Shown here in pieces: positions 39,376 to 50,113 of a DNA stretch of 64,000 nucleotides. The DNA is taken from positions 664,915 through 728,914 of the forward strand of contig CAJJCY010000002.1 in assembly GCA_905182865.1 (NCBI GenBank), written 5' to 3'. The position numbers were made by a program, and so were the translations under genes. A model generated the notes under the pieces. The model was not told the origin of the DNA. It saw nothing but the letters and a program-made list of their open reading frames with translations, and searched no databases. Each line of letters begins with the position of its first letter. The first letter of the stretch is position 1. The DNA comes from an uncultured SAR324 cluster bacterium (GTDB lineage: Bacteria; SAR324; NAC60-12).

Positions 39376-40230
39376 CTAATCTTTTAGGTACTTGAAAAAT
39401 TTACTATTTGCATCCATCAGCAGTGTAGTACCTTCTTGCAGACTGTTTCGATAAACATCATGTGAGCGCAGGAATTTAAAGAAATCCATGTCTTTCTGAT
39501 ATGCATCAGCATAAATCTTGGTGGCCTTAGCATCAGCTCCACCACGAGTTTCTTCGTTTATTTTCTTTGCTTCCGCAATGATTTCAACACGCTCTCTGTC
39601 AGCATCAGAACGAATTTTCAAGGATTCCTCTTCACCTTCAGAGCGGTATAGTTTTGCTTGTCGTCTTCGTTCTGCGTTCATTCTTCCAAAAACTGATTGA
39701 CTATTTTGTTCAGGCAGGTCGGCACGTTTAATCCGGACATCCAGTATTTCGATTCCAAATTTCTCAGCATTTTTACGGGAACGCAAAGTTATCGATTCAC
39801 GAATTTCTTTACGATTTCCGGATACGATTTCCATAAGCGTATGCGCTCCAAGGATTTCACGGGTTTGTGAATAGATAATATCATCCAACCGAGCATGGGC
39901 TCCGTTAGTTGTACGTACGGTTTCATAAAATTTAAGAGGATCAGAAACCCGCCACTTGGAATAGGTATCAACCTTCATTTCTTTTTTATCTTTGGTGAAT
40001 ACTGCACCCGGATCTGCATCATAATCCTGAAGTCGGTTTTCCATGAAAACAATTCGAGTGACAAATGGTAACTTGAAATTGAGTCCTGGCTCCAAGACAA
40101 TGTCAACTGGATCACCTAATAAAATTTCAATTGCATATTGAGTCTTATCTACAATATATGTACTCAAATAAATGGTGCCTATAGCAATGAGGATAATAAT
40201 TCCCCCAAACTTTGTTAGCTTTTCAGACAT
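39376..40230 (-). CDS. hflC: Protease modulator HflC
   Basis: PGLNFKLPF, TKDKK...VD...WR..DP..FY, GIEILDVRIKRADLP, RMNAER...A..YRSEG. Confidence 0.93.
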   Translation of the reverse strand: MSEKLTKFGGIIILIAIGTIYLSTYIVDKTQYAIEILLGDPVDIVLEPGLNFKLPFVTRIVFMENRLQDYDADPGAVFTKDKKEMKVDTYSKWRVSDPLKFYETVRTTNGAHARLDDIIYSQTREILGAHTLMEIVSGNRKEIRESITLRSRKNAEKFGIEILDVRIKRADLPEQNSQSVFGRMNAERRRQAKLYRSEGEEESLKIRSDADRERVEIIAEAKKINEETRGGADAKATKIYADAYQKDMDFFKFLRSHDVYRNSLQEGTTLLMDANSKFFKYLKD

Positions 40231-40315
40231 ATTTTATTACCTAAAAAAAATGAAAAAGTAGAAGTTGACACTAATTTTTGACAAAATGGGAGTGGCAACT
40301 ATTATCCTGTTCATA

Positions 40316-40344
40316 ATTGTCGGAAATGTCGTAACTCTTGTCAA
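40316..40344 (-). promoter_or_regulatory. Putative sigma70 promoter for hflC
   Basis: Minus strand TTGACA-17nt-GACAAT. Confidence 0.4.
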
Positions 40345-40392
40345 GTTGAAATAGTTAAACGAGCCAGAAGCTCCATCTAATTTAAATAAAGT

Positions 40393-40653
40393 ATGTTAAA
40401 ACTGCGATCTCCAAGTCAACAGGACAAATACTCTATTGGCATGCGTCAAATCGAAAAAATGTTAAAAGAAATGCAGACTAGTGGAAAGGATTTATCCCGC
40501 TTAAAACTCAAGAAATTTCAAAAAACTCACCACATCGATTGTAAATGTAAATTATGTGAAAATGCCAAAACAAAAAATGATCTGCGTCTCCGTGGACTCC
40601 TCGAGGACGGTTTCAAGGTTTATGTGGCGGGCGATAAAAAAAATACTCAGTGA
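40393..40653 (+). CDS. Small basic hypothetical protein with HHxxCxCxxC motif
   Basis: 86 aa, THHIDCKCKLC; stop overlaps the prmA start. Confidence 0.6.
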   Translation: MLKLRSPSQQDKYSIGMRQIEKMLKEMQTSGKDLSRLKLKKFQKTHHIDCKCKLCENAKTKNDLRLRGLLEDGFKVYVAGDKKNTQ

Positions 40654-41537
40654 TGCAAAATAATTTAGCTCTTAACGAAACCTATTTCAGCTTTTGTTGT
40701 ACCATTCCTGCAGAGTTGGTAGAACTTTGGAATTGGTTTTGTTTTGAAAAAGGTGCGCTTGGTACAGAAACTTTGCAAGAATCTTCACTGGAGTCTAGAC
40801 TCAAGATTTTCTACCCAAAAAAACCAGACGGTGGTGCACAAAAATTATTTGAATGTTTCCAAAGTGAATTGAATGCAAAGCTTGAAATTATAATTCACGA
40901 AGAAGGTAGCCATCCGGTTGAAAATTGGCAGGCAAACTGGCGTGAACATTTTCATCCTGTAAAGGTTGGACAATCACTGATCATTCTTCCATCATGGAAA
41001 ACCGAAATAGAACTTTCCGGAAGACATCCGGTGTGGATTGATCCAGGTCAAGGTTTTGGAACTGGGCATCATCAAACCACTTATATGATGTTGCAGCATA
41101 TTTTGGATCTAGAATTGGAAGGAGCATCTGTTTTAGACATGGGTTGTGGAATCCGGTGTGTTGCGCCATGCGTTTAGCAGTCAAGAAAGTGAGCCCGTTT
41201 GGATATTGAAGCTGAAGCAGTAGCGGAAGTTGAACGTAACTGCGAACTGAATGGTCTGTCAGGAAGGATCATTGGCCACGTCGGACAACCTTCCTTTCTG
41301 AAAAAACCAGCACCTCTTGTAATCAGTAATATGCTTCTGTCTGAATTGTTGGATATACGTCTGGATCTAATTAGGCTGACAAGTCCGGGTGGAACTTTGA
41401 TCTGCAGCGGATTATTTGGAAAACAAGAAGAAGAATTAAGAAACTCTTTAACGGAAATGGGTTTTGTCTATCGTGCTTCGTTGGAGCGGGAAAACTGGAA
41501 TTCGATTCAGTTTCAAAGTTTTAGTAAAGAAAGCTGA
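40650..41537 (+). CDS. prmA: Ribosomal protein L11 methyltransferase (frameshifted ~41150-41200)
   Basis: NWQANWREHFHP, ILPSW, IDPGQGFGTGHHQTT, VLDMGCG; downstream frame DIE..AV....RN..LN, LICSG. Confidence 0.9.
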
Positions 41538-41549
41538 TGTGAGAAAATA

Positions 41550-41877
41550 TATGCGGCAATCCTGCCTAATTGTCTGTTGTTTGTTTATTTCTCTGTTGGT
41601 CTTGTCAAACTAATTTGCATTCGGGAAAAATTCAGTTCGAAAGATCTACCATGGGCGCAAGCTGAAATCTTGATCCTCTCACAACATCCTTACTGGCTGC
41701 CCCTGCTTCATTATCCTTCCCATTCTCCAATGGTTTGTTTATGGCGCAGTGAAATTCAAAACCCCCCTCTTTCTTTCTTGATCCGGATGGGAATGTTAAT
41801 CCGGCTACAGAACTAAGGAAGACACTGGAAGCACAGCTTTCTCCTGTAGAAAATATTTTGATTTTAATGTTTGACTG
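41550..41877 (+). pseudogene. Remnant of a DUF4105/Lnb-type protein N-terminus
   Basis: LSQHPYWLPLLHY...SEIQNP, then after a frameshift FFLDPDGNVNPATELRKTLEA; resembles my recollection of DUF4105-protein N-termini; truncated. Confidence 0.5.
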
Positions 41878-41992
41878 AGGCTTTTTTATATCGGTAACAT
41901 CACATAGATGTTTGACTCTTTGCCTGCAGGTCAACTAAAATAAAGTGGTCTTTATTAACAAAATTCAATTAGTAAAAGTACATCCTTTTAAG

Positions 41993-42373
41993 ATGCTCAT
42001 GACAAAAGAATCAATTGAACGTGCACTCACTGCATCATTGACCTTGATGCTCGGATTGGCAACGTTGGACCTTGCTTTATACATCTGGGCCGGCACTGCA
42101 GTTTTAACTGTTGTAGCTCATGGAATGTCGCTGTGGCTTGTGCTGCGTTACCGTTTGATTTTTGACCTGGTCAAACTTCTTGAAACGGGTGCTCTTTTTT
42201 TTGATTTGTACCTGATCAACCAGTACGGATACGCCGTTGCCTCTCCGGTTGCAACTCTTTTTGCCATTATTCACATCTCGCTGAATAAAGAATATCATCT
42301 GAATAAATTAAAAAGTGATCTGGATAAGGTGCTTGCATCAAAACAACAAGATGTAGAAGATGACGAAAAGTGA
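41993..42373 (+). CDS. Hypothetical membrane protein
   Basis: About four hydrophobic segments and a charged tail. Confidence 0.65.
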   Translation: MLMTKESIERALTASLTLMLGLATLDLALYIWAGTAVLTVVAHGMSLWLVLRYRLIFDLVKLLETGALFFDLYLINQYGYAVASPVATLFAIIHISLNKEYHLNKLKSDLDKVLASKQQDVEDDEK

Positions 42374-42428
42374 AAAATAAAATCAAGGTACAAAAATAAA
42401 CAGAATCAGCTTCACTGAAAAATTAATT

Positions 42429-43613
42429 TTGATGAAAATTTCTGAAACAACAACAATTGGTTTTGCTTCTGCAGGGCATACGCTTTGTCACTTACTCACC
42501 TTGCTTTTTCCAACGGTACTTCTTGCCCTGGAAGTGGAATTTGGGTTAAGCTTCAAGGAGTTGGCTACATTGGCGGTTCCGGGTGCCTTCCTTTTTGGAG
42601 CAGGTGCGTTACCGGCAGGTTGGCTTGGTGACAGATGGAGAAAAACCACCCTGCTGGAAATATATTTTTACGGCACCGGAGCTATGTCAATTCTAACCGG
42701 ATTTGCCCAAACACCTTTGATGCTTTCCGTGGGTCTGGCCGGTATCGGAATATTTGCATCAATCTATCATCCTGTAGGTATGTCCTGGCTGGTTTCCAGA
42801 ACATCCAAAACCGGAACTGCTCTGGGATTTAATGGACTGTTTGGCAGTATTGGTTTTTTTTTGGCTCCTCTGGTTGCAGGAACATTAACCGGGTTATGGA
42901 GTTGGCGGACAGCGTTTTTCGTACCCGGGATTGTCTGTTTGGTTGTGGGGTTTCTCTTCAGCATTTCGTTGAGGACTATTCTGAAAGATGAAGAAACGCC
43001 TATGCAGAAAATAGTATCCGGATCCAGCTCACCAAATAGTATCTGGATGACTTTTGGTTTAATGGCAGTAGCCTTGTTTTTCTCCGGTATGTTTCATCAG
43101 ATTATACAGTTTTCACTTCCCAAAGATTTTGATCTCAGGGTTCTCTTTACATCAGGTTCCTTGTTGGGTACAGGATCGATGGTGGCTCTGGTTTATGCAG
43201 CCGGAGCAGTTGGTCAACTGCTGTGCGGACGCATGGCGGATCGTTTCTCAGAGCGTCAACTTTATTTAACTTTGTTTTTAATCACAGTTCCGCTTGTTGC
43301 CCTGGCCAGTCAGCTCACCGAAATACCGCTGGTTTTGATCATGATGCTCGTTGTTTTTTTTAGCGCCGGAGCACTACCTGTGGAAAATACTTTGCTTGTC
43401 CGCTATGTTCCAAGTCACAGGCATGGTCTGTTTTTCGGTATGAAATTTTTGCTGGGTTTTGGATTTGCTGCCTCAGGAATTTATTTGTCGGGATGGATTT
43501 TTGATCTCACCGGAAGTTTTGTCTGGCTTTACGGACTACTGGTTTTACTGGCAAGCAGTGTAGCAGCCATTGCTTTTTTCCTTCCCGGACAACGTGTCCT
43601 CCAACCAGCCTGA
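42429..43613 (+). CDS. MFS transporter
   Basis: GWLGDRW and GRMADRF motif A repeats; ASIYHP; about 12 TM helices. Confidence 0.92.
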   Translation: MMKISETTTIGFASAGHTLCHLLTLLFPTVLLALEVEFGLSFKELATLAVPGAFLFGAGALPAGWLGDRWRKTTLLEIYFYGTGAMSILTGFAQTPLMLSVGLAGIGIFASIYHPVGMSWLVSRTSKTGTALGFNGLFGSIGFFLAPLVAGTLTGLWSWRTAFFVPGIVCLVVGFLFSISLRTILKDEETPMQKIVSGSSSPNSIWMTFGLMAVALFFSGMFHQIIQFSLPKDFDLRVLFTSGSLLGTGSMVALVYAAGAVGQLLCGRMADRFSERQLYLTLFLITVPLVALASQLTEIPLVLIMMLVVFFSAGALPVENTLLVRYVPSHRHGLFFGMKFLLGFGFAASGIYLSGWIFDLTGSFVWLYGLLVLLASSVAAIAFFLPGQRVLQPA

Positions 43614-44415
43614 GCTACATCTCCAACAATTTTCAAAAATTTTGAATCTCTTATCAAACGGCAAAAAACTGGAATCAATCTGGTATGGTCCACCTCCGGA
43701 AGAAGCCCCGACGCTGTTATTTCTTCATGAAGGGCTAGGCTGTGTTTCAATGTGGCGCGACTTTCCTGAAAAACTGTCCCAACAAACCGGATGCGGTGCC
43801 ATGGTATACAGCAGGCTTGGTTACGGTAATTCGGATGCGTGTGAACTTCCTCGTTCCTTAAATTTTATGCATCCGGAGGGATTGGAAGTACTTCCGGAAA
43901 TTATAGTGCAATGTAAAATCAACAAATGCATTTTAGTGGGTCACTCAGATGGAGCTTCGATTGCTTTAATTTATGCAGGAGAAAACTCTACCGAATCTTT
44001 ACTTGGAATAGTTACAGAGGCACCACACGTTTTTTGTGAACAGCTCACGATTCGTTCCATCGAAAAAGTGGGTGAGCAGTTTCGCTCCGGAAATCTCCGG
44101 GAACTTCTCAAAAAACATCATGGAAGTAATATCGACTGTGCTTTCAAAGGCTGGTTGGACGTCTGGCTTCATCCCGATTTTGCAGAATGGAACATCGAAT
44201 CGTGTTTACCTAAAATTATGGTTCCGCAATTAGTCATCCAGGGTAACGACGACGAATACGGAACCTCTGCCCAGGTCGAGGCGATTGTCCGTCAATCCGG
44301 AAGTATAGTAGAAACTTGCTTTTTGGACAACTGTGGTCATTCTCCGCATCGGGATCAGGAAACACAAACTTTGGAATTCATGACCCAATTCGTCCGGAAC
44401 TTGCTTGATAGATAG
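43570..44415 (+). CDS. Alpha/beta hydrolase
   Basis: FLHEGLG, YSRLGYG.S, GHSDG nucleophile elbow, QG..DEYG, GHSPH. Confidence 0.92.
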   Translation: MLFSFPDNVSSNQPELHLQQFSKILNLLSNGKKLESIWYGPPPEEAPTLLFLHEGLGCVSMWRDFPEKLSQQTGCGAMVYSRLGYGNSDACELPRSLNFMHPEGLEVLPEIIVQCKINKCILVGHSDGASIALIYAGENSTESLLGIVTEAPHVFCEQLTIRSIEKVGEQFRSGNLRELLKKHHGSNIDCAFKGWLDVWLHPDFAEWNIESCLPKIMVPQLVIQGNDDEYGTSAQVEAIVRQSGSIVETCFLDNCGHSPHRDQETQTLEFMTQFVRNLLDR

Positions 44416-44557
44416 AAAACACCAGAAACTTGTTTGCCAATTCACTTGCGTTTTTTTAGCACAGGCTTTAGCTTTAGCAGATAAAAATTAGTTCTGGACT
44501 GCTCAAATATAAAATTATTATTTAACACATTCAATTAATTCAGCTAATTTCCAAACT

Positions 44558-45016
44558 ATGCCTACTGTACTTCTGCTAAATGGTCCAAACCTTAATTTAC
44601 TGGGAACTCGTGAACCAGAAATATACGGTTCAATGAATTTAAGTGGAATTGAAGAACAAGTTTCTGCCGTACTTCATGAACACAAAATCGAATGTGAAAC
44701 CTTCCAGTCAAATTCAGAAGGAGAACTTATTGACTGGCTTCATCAGCACAAGAATGCAGATTTTTTGCTTTTGAATCCGGGCGCACTGACCCACACCAGT
44801 ATTGGGCTGCGGGATGCCGTGCTGGGTATAGAAATGCCATTTCTGGAAATCCACCTTTCTAACGTTCATCAACGGGAGGAATTTCGGCATCACTCTTTTT
44901 TTTCAGACATCGCAGTTGGGTCATTGGTTGGACTTGGAGTTAAAGGATATTTGCTGGGAGCCCAATTTGCCGTAGATTATATTGAGCAGGAAGGAACATC
45001 TGCAGCCAACAGATGA
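44558..45016 (+). CDS. aroQ: Type II 3-dehydroquinate dehydratase
   Basis: LNGPNLNLLGTREPEIYG, QSNSEG, NPGALTHTS, EIHLSNV..REEFRHHS. Confidence 0.97.
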   Translation: MPTVLLLNGPNLNLLGTREPEIYGSMNLSGIEEQVSAVLHEHKIECETFQSNSEGELIDWLHQHKNADFLLLNPGALTHTSIGLRDAVLGIEMPFLEIHLSNVHQREEFRHHSFFSDIAVGSLVGLGVKGYLLGAQFAVDYIEQEGTSAANR

Positions 45017-45059
45017 TCCTATTAATCACCATCCGTCCTTCCAGATTTTACTGCCTGTT

Positions 45060-46077
45060 ATGAGAATTTCCTCAACCTCCATATTTTTATCATTCAACGT
45101 TTTTCTTGTCGGAGTTGCCTCGTACATGGGAGGTTCACTTCTGAGTACGTGGCTGCAGAAGGAGGTCTTGTCGATATCCGTTTCATCTCCAGAATCTTAC
45201 CAGATTCAAACGGAGGAGCTACCCAGAGATTCTGGTAAATCCATAAATTTTTTTGAAGTAATTTTGGAGCGCAATATTTTTAATGCCCAAAAAACTGAAA
45301 TAGAATTACCACCTCTTCTTCCGGAACCAGAAATAATAACTCTGGAAACTTCAGATGAAGAAGCAGTAGAACATACCCGATTGGCTATAGCACTTGCAGG
45401 AACAATGATCTATGGAGCTAAAAGCTCCTTTGCATTTATTAGCAAGAAAGAGAGTCTACACAAATATGTCATATATGGAATTGGTGAATGTTTTGATGCA
45501 AAGACAATTTTGCGTGAAAAAGAATGTAATTCTGAGAGTGTAAAAGTACTTGATATCAAGGATCGCTGGGTTTTGATTCTTCACAAGGAGACAAAACAGG
45601 CCCTTTGGATGGTAAGTCCAGTTGGAGCAGAAGAAGTGTCTACAGCAGTTCAACCAAAGAATGTTAAAACTAAAACTAAAACGACGCAAAAAACTACTGC
45701 TCTTGTGGTTCCACCAAAAGAAAAAGCTGTTACTAAAAATTCTGCTTTACCGTCAATTCCGGCTGAAGGTGAAAATACTTTTCATTTTCAGCGGGTCTGG
45801 GTAGATGAACAACTCGAAAATTTTGGGCAGCTGCTGAATGACGCCAGAATTGTTCCTACAATGAAAGATGAAAAACCTTATTTCATGTTTCAGTATATCA
45901 AAGAAAAAAGTATCTACGGTTTCTATGGGATTGAAACCAAATGATATCATTTTAGAAATTAACGGCTTTCTGGTGGACACAGTAGGCAAGGCGCTCAGGT
46001 TACTGGAAGTGCTTCAATCTGAAAGGGAAATCTCACTAAAGGTTGAACGAGGGAATTTCAAATTCTATTTTAATTAA
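45060..46077 (+). CDS. Type II secretion protein GspC-like with PDZ domain (frameshift ~45920)
   Basis: N-terminal [16 protein letters not shown] domain, [22 protein letters not shown]...ISLKVERG. Confidence 0.72.
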
Positions 46078-46112
46078 AGTAAACCAAATTGGAACTTTAA
46101 CGGAAACGATTA

Positions 46113-47648
46113 ATGCAGTTCAAATGGCACAAAACCGGTTTGATCGAATTGATTTTTTTACTGGCTGCGCTGATTTGGATTTCCTTCCGTTACCATGAAA
46201 CACTTAATTTGCTTCACCCGGAATGGATTATTCTAGGTCTTGGCCTTGGGTTTTTATGGTGTCTGCGTCATAAATTATATCTTCCACTCTTTTTGCTTCT
46301 CTTGATCGCAGGTACCTTGCTGCACCAATGGTTTGTTGTACTTCCAAACAGCCTGAAATGGCTGCAGGAAGAGATTTCTGCAGAAGAAGCAATTATGGTG
46401 AATGGAAAGATTCAGGAGCGCATAGTTGAAAATGGAACCATCCGTCTTCAACTGAATTCAGTTGATGTCATCAAAGGTGAACAAAAACAATGGTTACCGG
46501 AAGCAATCTTGAGCTTTCCGGAAAACAGCCGCAGAATTTCAAGTTTTTATCGTGGACGTAAGCTGCAGGTAATTGGTAGGTTGGATCATGTCAGCATTAA
46601 AAAAAATCGTCTTAATTTAGCTTTTTCAAAATTTCGGTATCGTAACGCAATTTCTCCACAAACAAAGCTCTCCCGTAAACGAAACAGTTGGGTAAGGCAA
46701 TTGACAGACAGGGCCGAATATCATCTTTCCAATCAGGCTCTTGCACTTTATTTACCACTGACTTTAGCCAAGCGTTCATACGATTCACGTTCCACCGCAA
46801 AGATTTTTCAGGAAACCGGAATGGCACACCTCTTGGCTATCAGCGGACTGCATATCGGCTTAATCTACGGAATTATACTAGGACTTGTTCGCTGGCTCGG
46901 TCGCCTCTCAAACCGGTTTTTGGAACATCCCCGTTTTTATGGTATAACCCACCTGATTTCTCTGACAGGTATTTGGTTCTATCTGTTGTTAATTGGCATG
47001 CCCACACCGGCATTTCGTGCGGTTTGTATGCTGAGCTTACTGGTTGCCGGTCGATTACTCGGTCAAGTTCATAACCCTTTGTATGCCCTTTTTGCCACAG
47101 CATTCTTTTTTATTTTCCTTAATCCAGCAGTTATTTACGAAGTTTCATTTCAGCTATCATTCATTGCCGTTTTTTTTATATTATGGTTCCTGCCTCTTTA
47201 TCCACAGCCTCACGAAAATGATGTATTTTGGAAACGAACATTTAAATACGGCTTGATTAGTTTTGCCATTACAAGCTCAGTCATGCTCGGCACCTGGCCT
47301 GTGGTAGCAAGTATTTTTGGACGTATTTCACTGGAAACATTCTGGCTAAATATGATCATGGTGCCGCTTCTTGGTCTATTTGTTTTACCTTTCTGCCTGC
47401 TGACTTTGGTGGTGAGCGCATTGTCTTTGGGTAATCCTCCATTCGGAATTTTGGAAAACGGTATATTTTCGCTGACTGAGCTTGTTGTAGAGGGTTGGTT
47501 TGCAGTTCTGCAAAACCTGCATCGCTGGGGTGACTGGGCATCGTTTCCGCTTACTTTAGACTGGGGACCACCTCAATTTATTCTGTATTACGCTATCATT
47601 TTGGGCTTTGGAAAATTGCTGACAGACCGATTCCGAAAAACTAGCTAA
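46113..47648 (+). CDS. comEC: ComEC/Rec2 competence protein (no beta-lactamase-like domain)
   Basis: [26 protein letters not shown]......SFQLSF. Confidence 0.88.
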   Translation: MQFKWHKTGLIELIFLLAALIWISFRYHETLNLLHPEWIILGLGLGFLWCLRHKLYLPLFLLLLIAGTLLHQWFVVLPNSLKWLQEEISAEEAIMVNGKIQERIVENGTIRLQLNSVDVIKGEQKQWLPEAILSFPENSRRISSFYRGRKLQVIGRLDHVSIKKNRLNLAFSKFRYRNAISPQTKLSRKRNSWVRQLTDRAEYHLSNQALALYLPLTLAKRSYDSRSTAKIFQETGMAHLLAISGLHIGLIYGIILGLVRWLGRLSNRFLEHPRFYGITHLISLTGIWFYLLLIGMPTPAFRAVCMLSLLVAGRLLGQVHNPLYALFATAFFFIFLNPAVIYEVSFQLSFIAVFFILWFLPLYPQPHENDVFWKRTFKYGLISFAITSSVMLGTWPVVASIFGRISLETFWLNMIMVPLLGLFVLPFCLLTLVVSALSLGNPPFGILENGIFSLTELVVEGWFAVLQNLHRWGDWASFPLTLDWGPPQFILYYAIILGFGKLLTDRFRKTS

Positions 47649-47733
47649 TAACTATGTAAATCATTGTAATGCAAGTAACCTCTGCGCAATAATTTCCAGG
47701 CTATGAATCTAAATTTAATAGAAAAGTTTCTGT

Positions 47734-48774
47734 ATGAATGAGTTACCAAAAACTATGAAAGGGGTCTGGCTAACTGGCCATGGTGAGCTAGACAAGCTGG
47801 ATGTCGTACGGATGTTCCTGTACCCTTTCCCACTGCGAACGAAGTTCTAATTCGTGTGGCTGCAGCAGGTGTTAACAATACAGATATCAATACACGAACT
47901 GCATGGTATTCAAAAGGTGATGTGACGAGTAAGGATGCAAGTTGGGCTGGCAAAGCCATTGAATTTCCCTGTATTCAGGGTATTGATGTATGCGGACATA
48001 TTGTGGCGGTTGGCGAAAATGTCAGTAAAAATAGAATTGGTGAGAGAGTACTGGTTGAGCCTTGCTTAAGAGAAGTAAAAGGTAAGACTTTGTCTAAACC
48101 CTGTTTTTTGGGATCTGAGTGTGATGGGGGGTTCGCTGAATTTGTTGCAGTAGCTTCACGTCATGCTTATCAAGTAAAGAGTACTTTGAGCGATGTTGAG
48201 CTTGCCTCATTCCCTTGCTCCTCTTCCACTGCGGAAAATATGCTAACTAAATCCAAAGTCTTATCAGGCGATTTGGTGCTGGTAACGGGAGCATCGGGTG
48301 GAGTCGGCTCTGCGGCAGTTCAACTAATAAAGGCCAGAGGTGCGGATGTTATTGCTGTTACCAGCGACTCAAAATCGCAAGACCTGATTACGCTTGGTGC
48401 CACAAAGACGCTTAATCGTGATCAGAACGTGGTTGTGGCATTAGGTTCAAACAGTGTCGATGTAGTAATTGATGTTGTTGGTGGAAAAATTCAAGGAGTT
48501 AGAACTTCTATTGGCTGGGGATGGAGATACTGGTGCAATTGCTGGTGCTTTTGTCGAGATTGATCTTAGAACGCTTTACTTGAAGGACTTAAGTTTTTTT
48601 GGGTGCACAGTTTTAGAGTCAAATGTTTTTACTAATCTCATAGACCATATTGAAAGTGGAAATATTAAGCCGGTTGTGGCTCATACTTTTCCTTTGGAAG
48701 ATATTGTTAAAGCTCAAGAGTTGTTTTTGCTGAAAAAACATATTGGAAAAATCGTATTAACTATTAATACTTAG
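47734..48774 (+). CDS. Zinc-binding alcohol dehydrogenase/oxidoreductase (MDR family), frameshifted ~47805 and ~48500; possibly a pseudogene
   Basis: MKGVWLTGHG, EVLIRVAAAGVNNTDINTR, GSECDGGFAEF, VLVTGASGGVGSAAVQL, DLRTLYLKDL, KKHIGKIVL. Confidence 0.85.
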
Positions 48775-48810
48775 TGACAATGGAAAATTCATGAAGCAAT
48801 ATTTGTAACC

Positions 48811-48875
48811 GCATAACAATCTCATAGATCCGGACAGCAAAAAGCTTATTTCGTTACTTACTTATTCTCTTTGCC
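48811..48875 (+). other. Truncated attC-like (integron cassette) site
   Basis: GCATAAC resembling the R'' box, followed by ...CCGGACAGCAAAAAGC..TTCGTT..TACT...CTTTGC; right half and R' box missing. Confidence 0.45.
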
Positions 48876-49108
48876 TAATGTCTTTTTTCGAGTGGACAGA
48901 CTTTTTTGTTTTCAGAATTTGAGTTCTTATAATCCGGATACAATTCATCGGTCTCTGAAACCTTAACCATTGAGTCTTTTGGTTAAATTCAGCATTAAGT
49001 TTTAGTTGCTAAGCTTGTGTGGTAGTGAGGCAGTATTAGCCAAGTGAAGTGTCGTTGTTATTTTTTGGCTATCAGTCTTCTGGAGAAAAACGACTAGAAA
49101 ACAGACAT

Positions 49109-50089
49109 TCACCCAATATGCCAGGAATCGAGCAGTTTTCTGGCAGCGGTGGTGGGCAGCATTTTTCCGGATTCCACGGCTTGTTCCAGTTCCGGAATTT
49201 GTTTTTGAATTCCGGGATGATTGCAGAAATTTGTCAACAAACCTTCTTCAACAAGTGACCACATCCATTTTCCTGTTTGAGTCTGACGCTGCTCTTCCCA
49301 CTCTCCAGAATTCTGGAGTGCATTCCTGAAATTTTTAACAGCTTCCCAAATTTTGTCCATTCCCTGTTTTTCCAAAGCACTGCAGCGCAAAATCTGCGGA
49401 GTCCAGGCAGTTTTTGTAGATGGTAGCAAATGCAGCGCTTTACGGTATTCCGCCTGAGTTGTTTTAGCCAGAGATTCCTGTTTTCCATCAGACTTGTTGA
49501 CCACTACCAAATCAGCCAGTTCCAGCACTCCCTTTTTAATACCCTGCAATTCGTCTCCGGCATTGGGTAGCATCAGGAGCAGAAAAAAATCAACCATTGA
49601 GGCCACCATAGTTTCAGATTGCCCGACGCCGACGGTTTCCACAATAACAACATTGTAACCTGCCGCTTCGCAAACCAATATCGTTTCGCGAGTTTTTCGG
49701 GCAACTCCTCCCATAATTCCAGAAGAAGGTGATGGCCGAATAAACGCATCCGGATGTTGTGCAAGTTCATTCATACGTGTTTTGTCACCCATGATGCTTC
49801 CGCCGGTAATCTGACTGCTAGGATCGACAGCAAGCACGGCAACACGATGTCCCTGCTCAATTAAAAACAGTCCAAATGCTTCAATGAAAGTGCTTTTTCC
49901 GACACCCGGAACTCCGGTGATTCCGATGCGCAAAGCCTGTCCTGCATGTGGCAAAAGCGATTCGAGCAATTCCTGTCCTTGTTCAAACGATTCCGGACGA
50001 GTGCTTTCCAGCAAAGTAATGGCTTTAGAAATGGCGCGGCGGTTGCCTTGAAGAATTTGCTCCAGTGCGGAAACGCTGTTTCGAACCAT
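49109..50089 (-). CDS. meaB: Methylmalonyl-CoA mutase-associated GTPase MeaB
   Basis: GITGVPGVGKSTF, AVDPSS...GGSIMGDKTRM, ETVGVGQSE, GDELQGIKKG, NKSD. Confidence 0.96.
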   Translation of the reverse strand: MVRNSVSALEQILQGNRRAISKAITLLESTRPESFEQGQELLESLLPHAGQALRIGITGVPGVGKSTFIEAFGLFLIEQGHRVAVLAVDPSSQITGGSIMGDKTRMNELAQHPDAFIRPSPSSGIMGGVARKTRETILVCEAAGYNVVIVETVGVGQSETMVASMVDFFLLLMLPNAGDELQGIKKGVLELADLVVVNKSDGKQESLAKTTQAEYRKALHLLPSTKTAWTPQILRCSALEKQGMDKIWEAVKNFRNALQNSGEWEEQRQTQTGKWMWSLVEEGLLTNFCNHPGIQKQIPELEQAVESGKMLPTTAARKLLDSWHIG

Positions 50090-50113
50090 TATTTTTTTCG
50101 GATTTATATGATT

